This document shows, piece after piece, positions 42,671 to 44,047 of a stretch of 44,047 bases of DNA (within the stretch, counting starts at the first letter, position 1; each line of letters begins with the position of its first letter). The DNA is from an uncultured bacterium (lineage in GTDB: Bacteria > Desulfobacterota > WTBG01): positions 1 to 44,047 of the forward strand of contig CBDTTR010000001.1 in NCBI GenBank assembly GCA_965363405.1, in the 5' to 3' direction. A program made the position numbers and the translations under genes. The notes under the pieces are model-generated. The model worked only from the letters and a program-made list of their open reading frames with translations, ran no database searches and was not told the origin of the DNA.

Positions 42671-43816
42671 ATGTACCATGGTGACGAGTTAGCTAAGAAT
42701 AGAGTGAGGAAGAGAATTGTTGCCATCTGTTTGATTATGGCTTTAGGTATATGGATGGGTACAGAAGTTGATGTGTGGGCAGCTCGGGTGAAAGATATTG
42801 CTGGTATTAAGGGAGCACGCCCTAACCAGTTGATTGGCTACGGATTAGTAGTAGGATTGAACAGTACCGGTGATGATGACAAGACTGAATTTACCTTTCA
42901 GAGCTTGACCAGCATGATGAAGCGGATGGGAATTGTGGTGGATAAGAAAAAGGTAGACCTTGATAATGTCGCAGGGGTTATGGTGACTGCGACCTTACCT
43001 TCCTTTACTAAAGCGGGAACTCGAATCGATGTAGTGGTTTCTTCCATGGGTAATGCCAAGAACTTGCAAGGTGGTACTCTTCTGATGACTCCACTTAGCG
43101 CACCCGATGGAAATGTTTATGCGGTAGCTCAAGGTCCCCTCTCTACTGGTGGGTTTGCTGCTGGCGGGGCAGCAGGAGGTGGTGTCCAAAAAAACCATCC
43201 CACGGTTGGTTACATACCCGGAGGGGCAATAGTTGAGAAAGATCTGTCCTTGAACCTGCTTGAAAAAAATGTAATGTCGTTGAATCTTAACAACCCGGAT
43301 TTTACCACCTGTTTGCGTTTGACCAGAGTGATTAATATGGGTTTAGGAGAAGAGTTCGCACAATCCGTTGATGCCGGTACGGTAGAGATAAAAATACCCG
43401 GGGAATTCCGAGAGAGGCTAGTGGAGTTTATCTCGCTAGTTGAGAATCTGGATATTGTCCCCGATGCTATTGCAAAGGTTGTACTCAACGAACGTACTGG
43501 TACGGTAATTATGGGTGAGAATGTGAGGATTTCTACCGTTGCTATTTCTCATGGCAATCTGAGCATTATTGTTAAGGAAAGAGAGCGGGTATCGCAGCCA
43601 CTTCCTTTTTCTGAGGGTGAGACCGTTGTTACTCCCGATACTGAGATTACAATAAAGGAAGAGGATGGTCGACTGATGGTAGTGCCTGAAGGGGTTAACT
43701 TAAGAGAGGTAGTTGGGGGGCTAAACGCCATAGGTGTTTCCCCTCGTGATTTGATTTCAATCTTTCAGGCTATTAGAGCCTCTGGAGCTTTACAGGCAGA
43801 ACTGGTGATTATCTAA
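42671..43816 (+). CDS. flgI: P-ring protein FlgI
   Basis: Signal peptide, then RVKDIAGIKGARPNQLIGYGLVVGLNSTGD. C-terminal ALQAELVII. Confidence 0.96.
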   Translation: MYHGDELAKNRVRKRIVAICLIMALGIWMGTEVDVWAARVKDIAGIKGARPNQLIGYGLVVGLNSTGDDDKTEFTFQSLTSMMKRMGIVVDKKKVDLDNVAGVMVTATLPSFTKAGTRIDVVVSSMGNAKNLQGGTLLMTPLSAPDGNVYAVAQGPLSTGGFAAGGAAGGGVQKNHPTVGYIPGGAIVEKDLSLNLLEKNVMSLNLNNPDFTTCLRLTRVINMGLGEEFAQSVDAGTVEIKIPGEFRERLVEFISLVENLDIVPDAIAKVVLNERTGTVIMGENVRISTVAISHGNLSIIVKERERVSQPLPFSEGETVVTPDTEITIKEEDGRLMVVPEGVNLREVVGGLNAIGVSPRDLISIFQAIRASGALQAELVII

Positions 43817-43817
43817 T

Positions 43818-44047
43818 ATGACTAAACAGGTTTCGCTATCATCCATATCCCATTCCCATCTTGTTCTAAGGGATAAATTACAAGAAGAAAGTCTTGTGAA
43901 GGGACATCAAAAAGATGGGTCCAAACAGGATGAAAAAAGACTAAAAAAGGCTTGTGCTGAATTTGAATCTCTTTTTATTTATCAAATTGTGAAACAGATG
44001 AGAAAAACCATAGTTAAATCGGGACTTACTGGTGGGGGTAAGGGCGA
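43818..44047 (+). CDS. flgJ: FlgJ-type rod-binding protein, 3' end outside window
   Basis: Not in the ORF track. The ATG at 43818 is 1 nt after the flgI stop, and the frame stays open to the window end. The translation contains the rod-binding motif ACAEFESLFIYQIVKQMRKT. Confidence 0.8.
   Translation, partial: MTKQVSLSSISHSHLVLRDKLQEESLVKGHQKDGSKQDEKRLKKACAEFESLFIYQIVKQMRKTIVKSGLTGGGKG

Noticed and set aside
1-44047. Search for rRNA, tRNA, CRISPR arrays, transposases/integrases, toxin-antitoxin or defence genes.
   Set aside because: None seen. There are no regularly spaced 25-40 bp repeats, no cloverleaf-like segments in the intergenic gaps, and every ORF of credible length has a flagellar or signalling assignment or is an antisense shadow.

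Overview
All credible genes lie on the + strand. This is a roughly 44 kb flagellar super-locus from an unidentified diderm bacterium: L-ring and P-ring genes are present, and the DNA looks moderately AT-rich by eye.

Gene order:
- A TPR protein, 5'-truncated by the window edge.
- A cytoplasmic PAS histidine kinase plus an NtrC-type sigma54 activator (FlgS/FlgR- or FlrB/FlrC-like).
- flgB-flgC-fliE-fliF-fliG-fliH-fliI-fliJ and a ylxF/MotE-like gene.
- fliK-flgD-flgE, followed by an intrinsic terminator.
- A MerR-like regulator and a secreted multi-TPR protein.
- motA-motB-motB'-fliL-fliM-fliN-fliO-fliP-fliQ-fliR-flhB-flhA-flhF-flhG-fliA.
- A roughly 7.8 kb nine-gene accessory block: REC-GAF kinase, CheY-like REC-TPR, a second FliL paralogue with an acidic tail, a 77-aa Cys4 protein, a Cys-rich PAS kinase, two unknown genes behind a sigma28-type promoter, a FliK-like protein, and a free-standing FlhB C-terminal-domain (FlhX/YlqH-like) protein.
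- flgF-flgG-flgA-flgH-flgI and a 3'-truncated flgJ rod-binding domain that is absent from the ORF track.

Regulatory signals read directly from the sequence:
- Four -24/-12 (sigma54) promoters with exact GG-N10-GC spacing, at the heads of the flgB, fliK, motA and flgF units. Each is preceded by short repeat arrays that could be enhancer sites.
- One sigma28-type promoter, one good sigma70-type promoter, a MerR-style 20-bp-spacer promoter, and two intrinsic terminators.

The core gene order mirrors the Bacillus subtilis fla/che operon, but the window contains no chemotaxis genes, flagellin, hook-junction or cap genes, or flgM. I saw no rRNA, tRNA, CRISPR, transposase or integrase. All minus-strand ORFs look like antisense shadows.

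The most interesting candidate for an undescribed system is the accessory block between fliA and flgF (31261-39030).
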